NCBI GenBank assembly: GCA_010093815.1 | Contig: ML996581.1 | Direction: 5' to 3' (one strand) | DNA: 64,000 nucleotides | Source of the DNA: Pseudovirgaria hyperparasitica | Lineage: Eukaryota | Position numbers and translations under genes: made by a program | Notes under the pieces: model-generated | What the model saw: only the letters and a program-made list of their open reading frames with translations | The model's database searches: none | What the model was told of the DNA's origin: nothing | Shown here: positions 1 to 11,517 of the stretch, one piece after another | Position numbering within the stretch: the stretch's first letter is position 1 | How the letters are laid out: every line of letters starts with the position of its first letter

Positions 1-3000
1 TCTAGAGAGTAGCATGAAAGATACCTGGCATGGCTGCAGCAAAACGCTCATAGCTCGCATGGATTACTCAGAAGCCTGTTCACCCAACGAATGGTGATGG
101 AAGTCTCATATGCTGCCACTAGCTTTAGTGCTACGAAACAGCGAGACGTCACTAACGTGCCAAGCAAACTGTTCTATCGCTGTATGTGGAGGTCTTCCAG
201 AATGATTGAATCAGGTATAATTATGCCTCAGTCCGTGAACGTGTTTGGGTGACAGATAGCCCCCATCTTTAATATGCAATGTCGGGGGCATTCCTAGGTA
301 TGGCGACATCGCAAGTCCGGCGATCTCCACTTCTTGCTTTACTGTGCCCAGGCGGCCAAGCCGTTGATCCAGTCATGGGATCTTTACAGCCGAAGTTAAG
401 ACGATGAATCAGGAAGACTCCATGTTGTTGCGACATCTGTAATGGCACCCTTCAAGGGTTGCAATGCAGGTCTCCTGTAACACGTGATGTAGGATTGAAC
501 ATATGCGCGCATGTCATATCCTCCTATTATGAAACGTTCTCCGCAGTTTCGTATTCAAGATTAGCTTCACGTAGGGCCGACGTCCATAAGATGACTAACA
601 TTGGAGCAGGAATTGGAAGATTGGCCGTAGTATATATGTATGTATATATACATGCAACACTATCTGTGGGATGCCTGATGCTTGTAGTAGTGTTATTCAA
701 CAATCAGTTGCCGCCAGGGCCGTAGCTTTGGATGACACTCAATAACAGATTGGCAGGTGTACTATGTACATATTATATAGCATCAACTGGTGGTCTGAGA
801 CATGAAATTCGTTGACTTGCCCCCAGCCGCGCCCGGGGCCGCTGCGTGGATCTGGCGCTAGACTCTTTCGAGCGCGCGATTTGATTTGCTCTTCTCCTAC
901 GACATAGATAGAATCCTAAGTACATGTTCTATGCCATAGATAGAGACTTATTATAGTAGAACGTAAGTTGACAAACAAGAGGTGCTATTTTAGGCCGTTC
1001 AAAAGCTGAACGAGGCTAATACCTGCGATCGCACTCATACGTATACTTATAAGTACACATTTCAGGTATTATTACCGTATATTTAAATATAGAACCTGAG
1101 CTAAGGAGAAAGACATCGGGGAAGAAAGTGCCAAGGCCGGCAAGCAGACTCATTAAGTCTCTCGTCCCAACACCACAAGCGTTTTATAGCAACTACCATC
1201 TGCAATGATATCGTTCGAACATCAAAAAGCCAAACCTCAAGCTGAGACACTGCTGCACTGTTTAAGCCATCAGACACACTTCAAGGTGTTTTGATAAATG
1301 GGTTCCGCGGCGGTAAGGCACAGGGGAGTCACGACAACCTTGGAAGCCACCTGAACCGCCCGGTTCTTCGGCCAACTAATTAGGGACAAAATGCCTTTGA
1401 CAGTGGTCGTGCCGGTCCACCGACGACGACGCACCTCGCGTCACGATCTCCAGTATTGTGCACGCAAACTCTATCATTCATCTCATGGTCAATTCGATTG
1501 TGATAGAGATTGCTCCGCTAGTATATAGATTTGAGGAATATTGCGGTTCCAAGGGTGTATGTAGTAAACAGTTGATAGTTTCCACATCCATCCGGTCCGG
1601 TAAGACCAATGAAGCAGCTGTAACGAAACGAGAGTCCATCAACGGCATTGTATGAGTTAGTGTATACATACTACAAAGTGAGTTGGTCAAGAGAAGTCTA
1701 TCTGACCAACGTGTCCTCGCCGCTAATGGTCGAAAAAATGCCTCAACTCTGTGCTGCCCGAGATGATGTCAGCAAAGTACATAAGTAAACTCACTAATGA
1801 AGATCTAGACCTCTACGCTGGTTCAATGAGCAGACACGATGCAATAGAAATACTGTTGGGGCATGGTAGCGCCGCGGAGTGCTTTGCTTGCGATCGCCGC
1901 AGGCGTCAGGAAGTTTGTAAGCCCATTCCTCCTGGTCCGAACTTTGGACTCATGATAACAAATGGAACTAGCACGTCAAATTCGCAGCTGCTTGAGCCAC
2001 AAGATTAGTAGATTCGAGCCTTCACTTTACAGTGAGAGAATGTCCTATGCCGAGCGAACTGATGCCGGATAACAGACTGTGGCCTGAAGTGTGACGATGA
2101 TGCACGGCGTCTAGCAATTATCCGTCAACGAAGTGCACCTCCTGTGGGCAGACGCAGAGTCTCATTTCTTCCAGCAAGAGTGAAGGACTTGGTGATCCTC
2201 TCATAATGCAACAATCCCTTTTGAACTTTTGACAGAGCTCAGGCCTTTACTTTGACCTACCATCAGCTACCGCTACGTCATCTGGAGAAATGCCTACAGA
2301 TAAATAGAGCAGTGGTAGTGGCATGTGTAACAGTAATGCGCCTGTAGATCCAATTGTTATCGGTATGCCCACGAAGTCTGCTGATAGCACTCCGAAACGA
2401 TGCAGCCCATTTGGCAGCGGCAACTGGGCTTGCTTCCCCTTCTGTTTTCGGCTTGGAAACTTCTCGCTTAAGATCTATCTCGACTTGCCGCACACTCATT
2501 TTGCTTTCTGTCAATACCTTTCCGTCCCGTATCTTGTGCTCGTTGCTAGTGGCCCTCCTTGTCTGGATAACGAAGCGAACAATATGTTATTACGGAGTTT
2601 GAGTTATCCTCCCGCGTGGCAGGCATGTCTATCCTGACATCTCTTATCTTTAATTGCCGTGGCGTTTTCAAAACACAAAATAAGTACAACCCAAGTACTC
2701 GAGGGGCTATATGACGCCGACTTTGGATCAGTCCGATCACTTTAAGGCATACCAACACTGGACTCTCCGTCTAGGGGCTCATGTAAGCCATGTCCGCATT
2801 TCGTTCCTGATAACGAATGCAACATTAAGAGCCAACAGCTCTATCAGCGATGATTAGCATGGATGTACCACACTCCTGTCCAGTGAGAGAGATTAGGACC
2901 TAGCCCCATTTGACCGTTTCGGATCGTCATGGTCGGCGTCGTCAGTCATCCCACGCTACAGCAAGCCGCCAAGTCTCGCATTGCCCAAGTGTAACTCTGA

Positions 3001-3514
3001 CTGGCTGTAACTCTACAAGATAATGCCTGCAGAGAAACACGTGGATCAGGTTTGATGCATGCATAAGATACACGACGCGATAAGGCTGAGGCTGCATCAT
3101 TATCGACATCTCAGGTAGCGCCAGTGGCGCGCTGCTATCACCCTCTGGTAGCCAAACACACTGCGTCATGTTATATGGGGTTGTTTAAGCACGCATTTCC
3201 AATAGCACATCCCATGGTGTATGTTTAACACATGCAGGTCGGGATGTCATCGAAGAATCTCGTAAAGAATTAGGTATATATACATGTAAGCTGTTGAGCT
3301 TTCGGTGTCTAATGGTATCGCAGGAATAGTCTAAGAATGTTTTTCCTGCCCTTGACAACAAGATTCGCTATCCCCAACAGAACGCCGTTTTGAATGCATC
3401 CTCACCGACGTCTCGCGTAACGCCTTCTGATGCTCATACCCAGTAACACCAATTTCGGACTAGACATGACACTCCTTCATTATCCCATTTCGTCCCGGAG
3501 CATTGATCGTCAAA

Positions 3515-4588
3515 TCACAGAGACTTCTCGAGCTTAACCAGCTCGTCGAAAGCTTCGTGCCACTTGCGACTTTCTTCCTTTGATGGGCGAGGTAGCGGCT
3601 TCCGTCCATGGCCGCCGTAGTTGAAGTGCGACATCAGAGCAGCTTTGGTCCCAATAACACCGCCTTGAATAGCAACCCAATCACCTCGAGCAACCACTGC
3701 CTGCATCTTGCGGGCCTCCTTGAGTTTGCCTGCTTCAAACAGCTCACCAAGCTTGATGCAAGCTTTCGGTGCGATGTTGGCGAGACCTGCGATAATGCCA
3801 GAACCCCCGCCAATGAGTGTCTGGAGAGTGAAATCAGCAGACCCGCCCATACACATGAAGCCTGATCCTGGCTCTGCAACAGTAGCAGCGCGGGTCGCGG
3901 CGGCGACCCTGTTCAGCTTTCCGGTGTTACCGCACGTCAGCTTGACGCCCGTGATGTTGTCATGCTGAGCAAGCTCGATAATGATGTCGGAGTTGAGGTC
4001 CATGCCAGAGACAGCACCGGGATAGTTATAGATGATTATTGGGATTGGTGATGCATCTGCAACATCCTTGAAAAAAGTGGTGACAGTGTCTTTGGCAAAG
4101 AGGCCTTGGTAGTATGAAGGTGGCAATACCAACGCGTAATCTCCACCAGCCTGGGATGCTTCGTGGCACAATTCGATGACTTCTCTGGTCGATTGCGCGC
4201 CACAGCCGACGATGACAGGCATGTCGCTGAATCCGGCGTCATCAAGCGCCTTGCGTGTGGCCTTTGTCACGAGATCTCGTTCTCGGTGTGACAGATGGAC
4301 AGCTTCCCCGTTGCTACCCTGAGTGGTAATGCCGGCGACACCAGCTTTGGCCAACCGCACAGCATGGCTAGCCGTGGTCTCCAGGTCCAACTGATCCGTG
4401 ATGGGATCGAAGAAAGCTGGAGTGGGCACGTAGACACCGGGAGTCAAGACTCTACGGATGCCCATGGAATCGACGGAGCCGGATTCGAAGGAGTCGTTGT
4501 ATCGAGACATATTGTAGATGGCTTGGACAGCAGGTGAGGGTGAAGTGAAGCTTCCAGTTGGAGAGGGAGCGTCATGGTGAGGTGACAT
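3515..4588 (-). CDS. Dihydrodipicolinate synthase (DHDPS/NAL) family class I aldolase, related to fungal L-threo-3-deoxy-hexulosonate aldolase (GaaC/Lga1-like); 357 aa, single exon
   Basis: ORF translation has PGVYVPTPAFF, GSNGEAVHL, the IIYNYP tyrosine and the Schiff-base lysine in GVKLTCGN. A (TA)n TATA-like tract lies at 4742-4756 upstream. Substrate not determinable from sequence. Confidence 0.9.
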   Translation of the reverse strand: MSPHHDAPSPTGSFTSPSPAVQAIYNMSRYNDSFESGSVDSMGIRRVLTPGVYVPTPAFFDPITDQLDLETTASHAVRLAKAGVAGITTQGSNGEAVHLSHRERDLVTKATRKALDDAGFSDMPVIVGCGAQSTREVIELCHEASQAGGDYALVLPPSYYQGLFAKDTVTTFFKDVADASPIPIIIYNYPGAVSGMDLNSDIIIELAQHDNITGVKLTCGNTGKLNRVAAATRAATVAEPGSGFMCMGGSADFTLQTLIGGGSGIIAGLANIAPKACIKLGELFEAGKLKEARKMQAVVARGDWVAIQGGVIGTKAALMSHFNYGGHGRKPLPRPSKEESRKWHEAFDELVKLEKSL

Positions 4589-6464
4589 TATTTATAGCGG
4601 AAGTGGCGATAGTGGAATGTGTAGGGAGGTAATGGCAGGTGGAAGTGAGACAGCCAAAGCTTGGAGACAATTAACAAATCAAGCGTCAAAACAAGTCACG
4701 ATAACGAGGATGGCAAGCTTACGGTAGGAGCGTCCAAGGCTTATATATATATATATTTCACGATTCATGGCGCGGAGGATGGCCAGCAGTCCAGGACGGG
4801 GCTGTGTGGGGGTTCAGCTGACATGAGGTAACGCTCTGTGAGTGGGAAGACAAGAACGAGCGAGGGAGACCTGAACAAGGCGGCGAGTGAGCCGGACTGG
4901 AGCAATGCAACAGGATGTTTGGTACATTACACGATCCAGAGGCAACAAAACGGTTTTGGGGGACGACAAGGACAGGGCCACACGGGCAGTGAAATCCGAA
5001 TAGGAATGTTTTGTGGTACAAAATTAGCCCAAGAGGCGGTGACCACGAGGGTGCGGGGGCCTGGCATGATTCAGGAACAAGTGGCGCGCACGGAGCTGAC
5101 GGCCAATAGACAACGAGCAATCGAGCGACGCAACAGTGACAGAAGGACTGGGGCAGTTTGCCAATTGCTACTAACAGGTAACATGATAATATCACACAAG
5201 TAAGTACGGCATGAATTGATGCGGCAAAGAACTGGGGAACCAGGCACAGGGGGACAAGGGGAAGGGGGGGGAAGAAACCTGTAAAGAACTTCCCAATAGA
5301 GGCCTCCGGGTTCGCCTCTGAGAACTGCTCCTTTGTTCGCTAGATCCGAGGGCCAAGCGGGCTGGTGACGATCATGGAGAGAGTTGAGTAGGCGCAACAA
5401 AAGGCTACGATAGGCTAAAAGCCGGGGCTTTTGGGGGGAGGGGGAGGTCAGCCCACGGGCACAGCCAAATGCAGTCAAACAGCCCACTAGCAGTCTAGCA
5501 CCCAGCATATCAATCCGCCCGGGCAGCATGATCTTGCGTCGGAGCCCTCCATCAATAACAATATGCTCGACACTACTGGACAGCACCACTATAACGGATG
5601 CAAAAGATGGTTCGTCGTTTGTAGCGTGGGGGTGGGTCTTGCGTCTGCGTCTGCGTCTGTGGTCTTGCGTCTGTGTCTCCAGCATATCCTCGATCTAATA
5701 TCCCTAGCTTTCTATCTGGGGCTCAAGAGTCTAACGACTCGAAAGTCGAAAACAGAAGCATCCTTGACCTCCGGAAGCCTCGAGTCTCCAGTCCTGACTC
5801 CTCGTACTCTCTCCAAGCTCAGCTCCATGGCGCTTACACCAAGCCTACCAATTGACAGAAGAGGCACAGCTATCCAGGATCAGCAATGTCGGGTGATGCT
5901 ACTTACCTCTTACACACCGCACCGTACGCCTCTGCAGTTCATTCTATCGTGGTGCCAATGACGACGCCTGCTCCAGCTCCTGCGCCTAGTCTTCGTCTTC
6001 AGTCCTCACGCATCAACAGGCTCTCGCCGCATGGTCGTCAATCACAGCCAGCTCCTACGCAAGCGCTCGACGTGGCAGCTGGAGAAATGTGCACAGAAGG
6101 CTTTGATCGCATCACGCGGCGTCCGGTACAGTCATGGAAATGCTCCCTGGCGTCGTCGAGACCGAGGCCGAGGCCATTTGGGCAATGTTCGGATGGGCAT
6201 GGAAATACACTTGACGCGATAGGGGGACTGGGACTATACTGAACCCCCACGCTCCACATACATCTACCTTGTCCTTCCCCCGACAGCCACCCCCTTAGCT
6301 AGGTAAAGTCAGCTAGGTACCCCAGGAGGTGGCGGAACACCCTAGACTGACTTGTGCTGTGTCGAGGATGACAGCTGCGCACTCACTCACACTAATTTAC
6401 CGCCCGCTTAAGTTGACTCTAGTACGGAATCTGGACATGACACTCCCTGAAACACGATGACCAT

Positions 6465-6500
6465 CACCACCACCACCACCACCACCACCACCACCACCAC
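6465..6500. repeat. (CAC)12 microsatellite
   Basis: Read directly from the sequence. Confidence 0.95.
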
Positions 6501-9001
6501 TATTACCACCACACTCTTCGCTGATCACTGAGCACTCCATGTCCAAGTTTTCGAATTTTACATTCGACCATCTTGCCGACGGATCTGAATGCTTGGTCGT
6601 CCGAGTGAGCGCGAGTCGTAATGTCCACGTTGCCGTTGTCCCAACGCCGCAGGAAGACTCCTCGTGCAGGGTGTCGTGGAACATGCATCGTTGCTCGTGA
6701 CCCCGTTCGATGCACGGCTACTAGCTACTCACCTGGTCCATTCCATGAGGCAACCCAGGCGCGATGCAAGATATAGCCAGTCTTTGTGGCTTGTGCGACC
6801 CGGCGGAGTGGGAAAGATGGCATTGACTCTGCTCATCTTCGGTCTTTGCTGCCGGGCGCCGGTGCCGGATGCCGGGTACCTGAACAGAAGGCGGTCATTC
6901 TATCCTCCGCCCGTAAATCTTTCTTCCTGCTTTTTGCAAGGTACCGGCGCGTGGAGGCGTGGAGGGATGGATGGACGCGCAACCATGCAGTAAACAGTAT
7001 ATGTAAATGGAGTCACTCATGGACAAAACCCCCCACGTCGGCTTCTGGTAACGGTATAAGAAGGCTGGTGGAACGCTCATGGACAAGGGTAGTTCCATGG
7101 GATCGTACCAATTCTGTCTCCTCTCGCTTGCTTCCACATCGGCATAGGGCTTGGTCGCGCTCCTCACGCCACTGCTACAACTACTTCATCAACATCTGCA
7201 TCGTACTACATGTTACATCACTACCTAGGCCAAGGTACCGATCGCGGCTCCTGGATGTCGGGCTTCACAATCCCGTCTTCGTGTCATCAAGTCTGATGGG
7301 GACGTCGGCATGTGGATCCGTACGCTGCCACACTCTCTACGCCAGCACCATCGCCATTTGGTCTCGTTGATCAACACCATCACCGTTACGACGGTATGTT
7401 ATGGTATAGCATTGCATGCTATTACCAATCGGCTAGAGAGATCTGCACCTTGTGCTGTTACTCGCTCGTCCCGTCGCGCTATTACCCCACATTTCGATCT
7501 TTGACCATCCTAGTGGGGCTCCGGTGCTGCAGCTTAATGACTTCTTTACATGCTGACGCGCATATTCATGCAGACGTCGCATCCCGTTTCCATGCACGCA
7601 ATCAGCTCGACACGCTTGATTATCATCTTACTAGGCACGAGTCTCCAGCCACGGACTCAATGCCGTCCCATTAATATTGTGGAAGCTGATGGCTTACTTC
7701 GGTCTCTTTTGCTCGTTCTCGGCCGAGGGGGCGAGAGGGGCCAGCCTTACACATTACTACTGACTATCGCGTAGGATGTTATCGAGTGTGGAGCTGCCGG
7801 GCTCTTATAGGGACAGTCTGATTCGGTGGACAGCATCCTCGTCCGTCCCACAAGGCCTTCTCATGTCATCGAAACCTGGGGTCGTAGCGAGCAGGTATGA
7901 CTGGGGGCTTTTGTGCGCATGCCGCGGGAGGCCCCCAAGGTCTCGAATTGGACTTCGCATCAGCCACCAGAGCAATGTGGAGACGACCCAGTCTTTGTTC
8001 TCGGCTCGAATGGGAAATTTGGACGCTGCAGATACGTCGATATACCAGCGTTGCACGAACTAAGTTTGGCTAAAGCATATCAAGCTCTAATTCAGCTAGC
8101 TACATTGCTCTGACTAGTACAGTGGAATGTCCAACCACTCGCCTCGCCTGCTTTTACACCGAACAACAGAACATTGATGTTTCTAGATCCCCTGGCCTCT
8201 GGTTATCATTCTGGCGAGCAGAATATCCAAGAGTGCCGCTCGACCAAATCAACTCGTGTCCTGCGTAAAACGAGGGCTGAGCTTGTCGATCGATCTATTC
8301 ATCCCACGTCTCTCGCCACCACAAGCGGCTCGTTATTCGATGCAAACGTGCTATCAAGATCATCAAAGCAGGAATTGCTCGCGTGGGGCAATAATACCAT
8401 ATTCAGTCAAAAGGGAATCTCTCGGCGAACTATCGGGAGAAGTCAGCCTGCGCTTACTTACTCTGCTGCAACAGGCTGTGGAGCGGCTTCTCTGTGCGAC
8501 GTACGATGCCTCAGTAGTTCTTTCAGGCGATCACGACGTTCACTGTGGACTTTGAAGCCTAGAGAGCAAGTACCCAGAGTGAGATTCGAGCATTGGGTGT
8601 GTACTAACGATAGTGCTTCGCATAACGACAGTACGTGACTCGTAGACATAACGTTTCGAGACTTGAAAGCCGTCAAGAGTGCGTGAACCTGGCGTCGAAT
8701 ACGAATTTGCTCGTCAAACTTAATTTACCTTGTCTCGGCGTCTCTTTAGACGACAGCGCTGCGATGGTATGTCCACACACACACACGCACACACACACAC
8801 ATCTAAGCCCGCCACAACAGAGTTTCCTGACTGTCAAGCTTGATCCATGTACGGAAACAAACGCCATGGCTAACTATCATGGCTCCTTTTCTACTGCCTT
8901 CCGCTCCACCACATCCATCTGCCGTATGCCGCCTGACTTCAGGTAGCCCGCCTGCTTATGGGCGCTTGAACTCTCACAGTCTTCATCTCACAAATCCTAC
9001 A

Positions 9002-9029
9002 CCCCCCCCCCCCCCCCCCCCTACCCCCC
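9002..9029. repeat. Poly-C tract (C20-TA-C6)
   Basis: Read directly from the sequence. Confidence 0.95.
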
Positions 9030-9113
9030 TGAGCAATGAATAATCTCATCCCAATACCACGACACTATACCCACCTAACACGCCTCTCACCGGAACTTGC
9101 ATAGCAGCAGTAG

Positions 9114-9161
<48 letters not shown>
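9114..9161. repeat. (CAT)16 microsatellite
   Basis: Read directly from the sequence. Confidence 0.95.
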
Positions 9162-10843
9162 GAACATGACCGGCAACATCCACGTATCAATCAATCTATC
9201 CAGCTGAGTGTCAGACTTCGTTGTACACCAGGGGGAGGCGTGTCCGCCCTCAGCCTAAAAAGCAGGGCGTCCTCGATGCTCGATATAATTACTCCGTCGG
9301 GCAACGCAAGTCCGTTCCAGATGCATTCCTTCTCTCCTACGCTCAAAAAACATTGAGATATCGCCCTTTGCATAGCCTCTCTTTCATGCATACATGCAGT
9401 ACAGGTTTGAATGGAGAAGGGGGTTCCACAGCGCGTGCTGGCGGCCGAGTAGTCCGTTACACACTCCCCCCCAACACCCCCCCAACGCAGGTTTCCCAAT
9501 GTAAGGTTTATTTCAGACGTGGGATTGTCGTGCGTTGAGTTGCTTCCCCCTTGCTTGTGTTGTGGTACGTCGCGAGTCTGTCCGTGTTACTTCTAATGCC
9601 CGATGTCGGGTCTATTTTTGGGGGTTCTTTGTGTGTATGGGCGTCGGTGTGCTGGCCTGGGTTTGATGGGTGTCTGTTTGTCTGACACTCGCATGGACAT
9701 GCAAGGGGGTGGATGGTGCTATGGATGGTGCTATGAATCGTCCTGTGTCTGCACAGCCGCGAATCACATGGGCATGGGATAATACGGAGGGAATGTGGAT
9801 GTTCCGTCCTTGCCGGTTTACTTTCAGTCGAGCATGTGATGTTTGAGTGACTGGGATAGGGGTTATGGTTTGTATTTTGGATCCTTTGTTGGAATGTATT
9901 TAATAGGTGGGCGTGTGATGTGTTTTGTTTTATGGTTTGGTTCTGTCTGGCTTTGTCTGGCTCTGTCTGGCCTGTGGAAAAGACGTGGGGACTAGCCAAC
10001 CGGTAGCAAGACCGCGGATAGGAAACTTGACTTGATATAGCGCCGATCAGCAAGACTCATGGATAGCCAACGGGGCCCGGGGTCGACGGTTGAATAGGGC
10101 GTTTGGGAGATTTGGGAAGCTATGGAGATGGGTACGGGTACAGTAACTTCAAATTCGATATAGTCAGGTATATCACGAAATTTGCGAAACGAAGATGTCA
10201 AGTATGCACAAACATCTTTACAGATTCAGCCGATCATGTATCACCATGCCAGTGGTCTATAGAAAGGAAGCACGACCGTGCTTGAATCTAGCAAGGTCGC
10301 GGGCTATGCTTATGCTGATTTGAATGGATACTAGATGCTCCAGGTCTAGGTCTGATAGAGTGGGAGACCGTGTTGAGATCTGTGGATTGGGTGATTTGGG
10401 TTGCTGTGTTGATGATACGGTCATGTCATACCCATCATCACCAATTCAGGTATAGAGTAAAGATGAACCACGTACAGAGTAAACAAAAACTCCGTACAAA
10501 CGATGACTGCCCATGATAGGAGTTTAGCCCTAATTACTCTACGTAGCTCTCAGTGTAGGAGTCATGCAAGGACAATGGTAGAACGTGCAAGGTGCTGTGT
10601 TAGGTGGATGGTGACCGACTGAACACGTGCAGAAAAAGGGGATACTAAGCATGAACCGATATAAACCTCTAATTGTCCTTCGTAAACTTCTGCGAGTAAA
10701 TTTGACTGCCTGAAGCCGGTTTTATGGTTTGTTGCTTGTTGCTGGTCCTTGTAGGCTTGCTACTGTCTTTATTGCGGTGATGATACTGGTGATTCGTTTC
10801 TCCGAGACGTCAAAGTGGGTGTTCGAGTGTCTGAGCCGTTCTG

Positions 10844-10885
10844 AGTAACCTAATGTGCAAAAGTAACCTAATGTGCAAAAGTAAC
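10844..10885. repeat. Tandem 18-bp duplication (AGTAACCTAATGTGCAAA x2.3)
   Basis: Exact copies at 10844-10861 and 10862-10879 plus a partial third. Confidence 0.9.
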
Positions 10886-11006
10886 TGACCATGATGTCTA
10901 CCACAAGTCTTTTGCTAATGGACGTGGAGGAGTTTGATGTCTGAAATTTAAGGCTACCGTCAGGGTGCAGCTAAAGATAGATTAGCGAGCCTGAGGCCCT
11001 GAGCCA

Positions 11007-11034
11007 CCACGTCACGGCAGTGGAGCGCCACGTG
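11007..11034. promoter_or_regulatory. Candidate UPR elements (bZIP Hac1/XBP1-type ACGT-core sites) upstream of ERO1
   Basis: CCACGTCA (11007-11014, reverse complement of TGACGTGG) and GCCACGTG (11027-11034), about 500 bp upstream of the ERO1 ATG. ERO1 is an established UPR target. Confidence 0.55.
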
Positions 11035-11517
11035 CGCCATCCGAACCGACAAAGGACACGCTGCTTCGACCGGACAAAGTGAGGACTGCATTTGCATTTT
11101 ACGCTCGTTTCTCGATGAACATAATTCCTGTCTGTGGTTCAGCAATCCCTTTGCATACCTGCGCTCTCTTCTATGCTATACTCGACTAGTCAATGAGATC
11201 AAGTCTAGGACTAAGCCGCTCCTTCCACCTTAAGACCTTCCGCCTACCAGGTTCACCCCGGCTCAGGAAAGTCTTAGCACTTCAACACCTGGCCTCTTCG
11301 CCTCAGGACCCTTTACACCAGAAGATACTGTGACATCTGTGTTCAACAGAGTATTTGCGCTATATATCGCCAATCTGTAAGTGCTGTGTCCTGCTGTCCG
11401 TCCCCCGGTACTGCTCACCAACCTTCTGCACCTCTGGGATGCGCTTGACACACTCGCTGACTTTCGGATCCGCATAGCTCACATAGAACGTTCCGTGCAC
11501 ACTCGAGCCCTCGTAAT

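Noticed and set aside
1458..3169. Several 65-105 aa ORFs, some protein-like (e.g. 2278-2514 minus, 1751-2008 plus)
   Set aside because: No recognisable motif and no consistent splice model; a decayed gene cannot be excluded without BLASTX
4950..5445. CCNCCAA (galacturonate response element-like) matches upstream of the aldolase
   Set aside because: Matches come only from G-runs (TTGGGGG) and lack the fuller TCCNCCAAT context, so they are expected by chance
4758..8946. Many 60-204 aa ORFs in the aldolase-ERO1 spacer, including a possible TATA at about 7055 and a GT..AG intron at about 7394-7436
   Set aside because: Low-complexity or random composition; the spliced product resembles nothing I recognise
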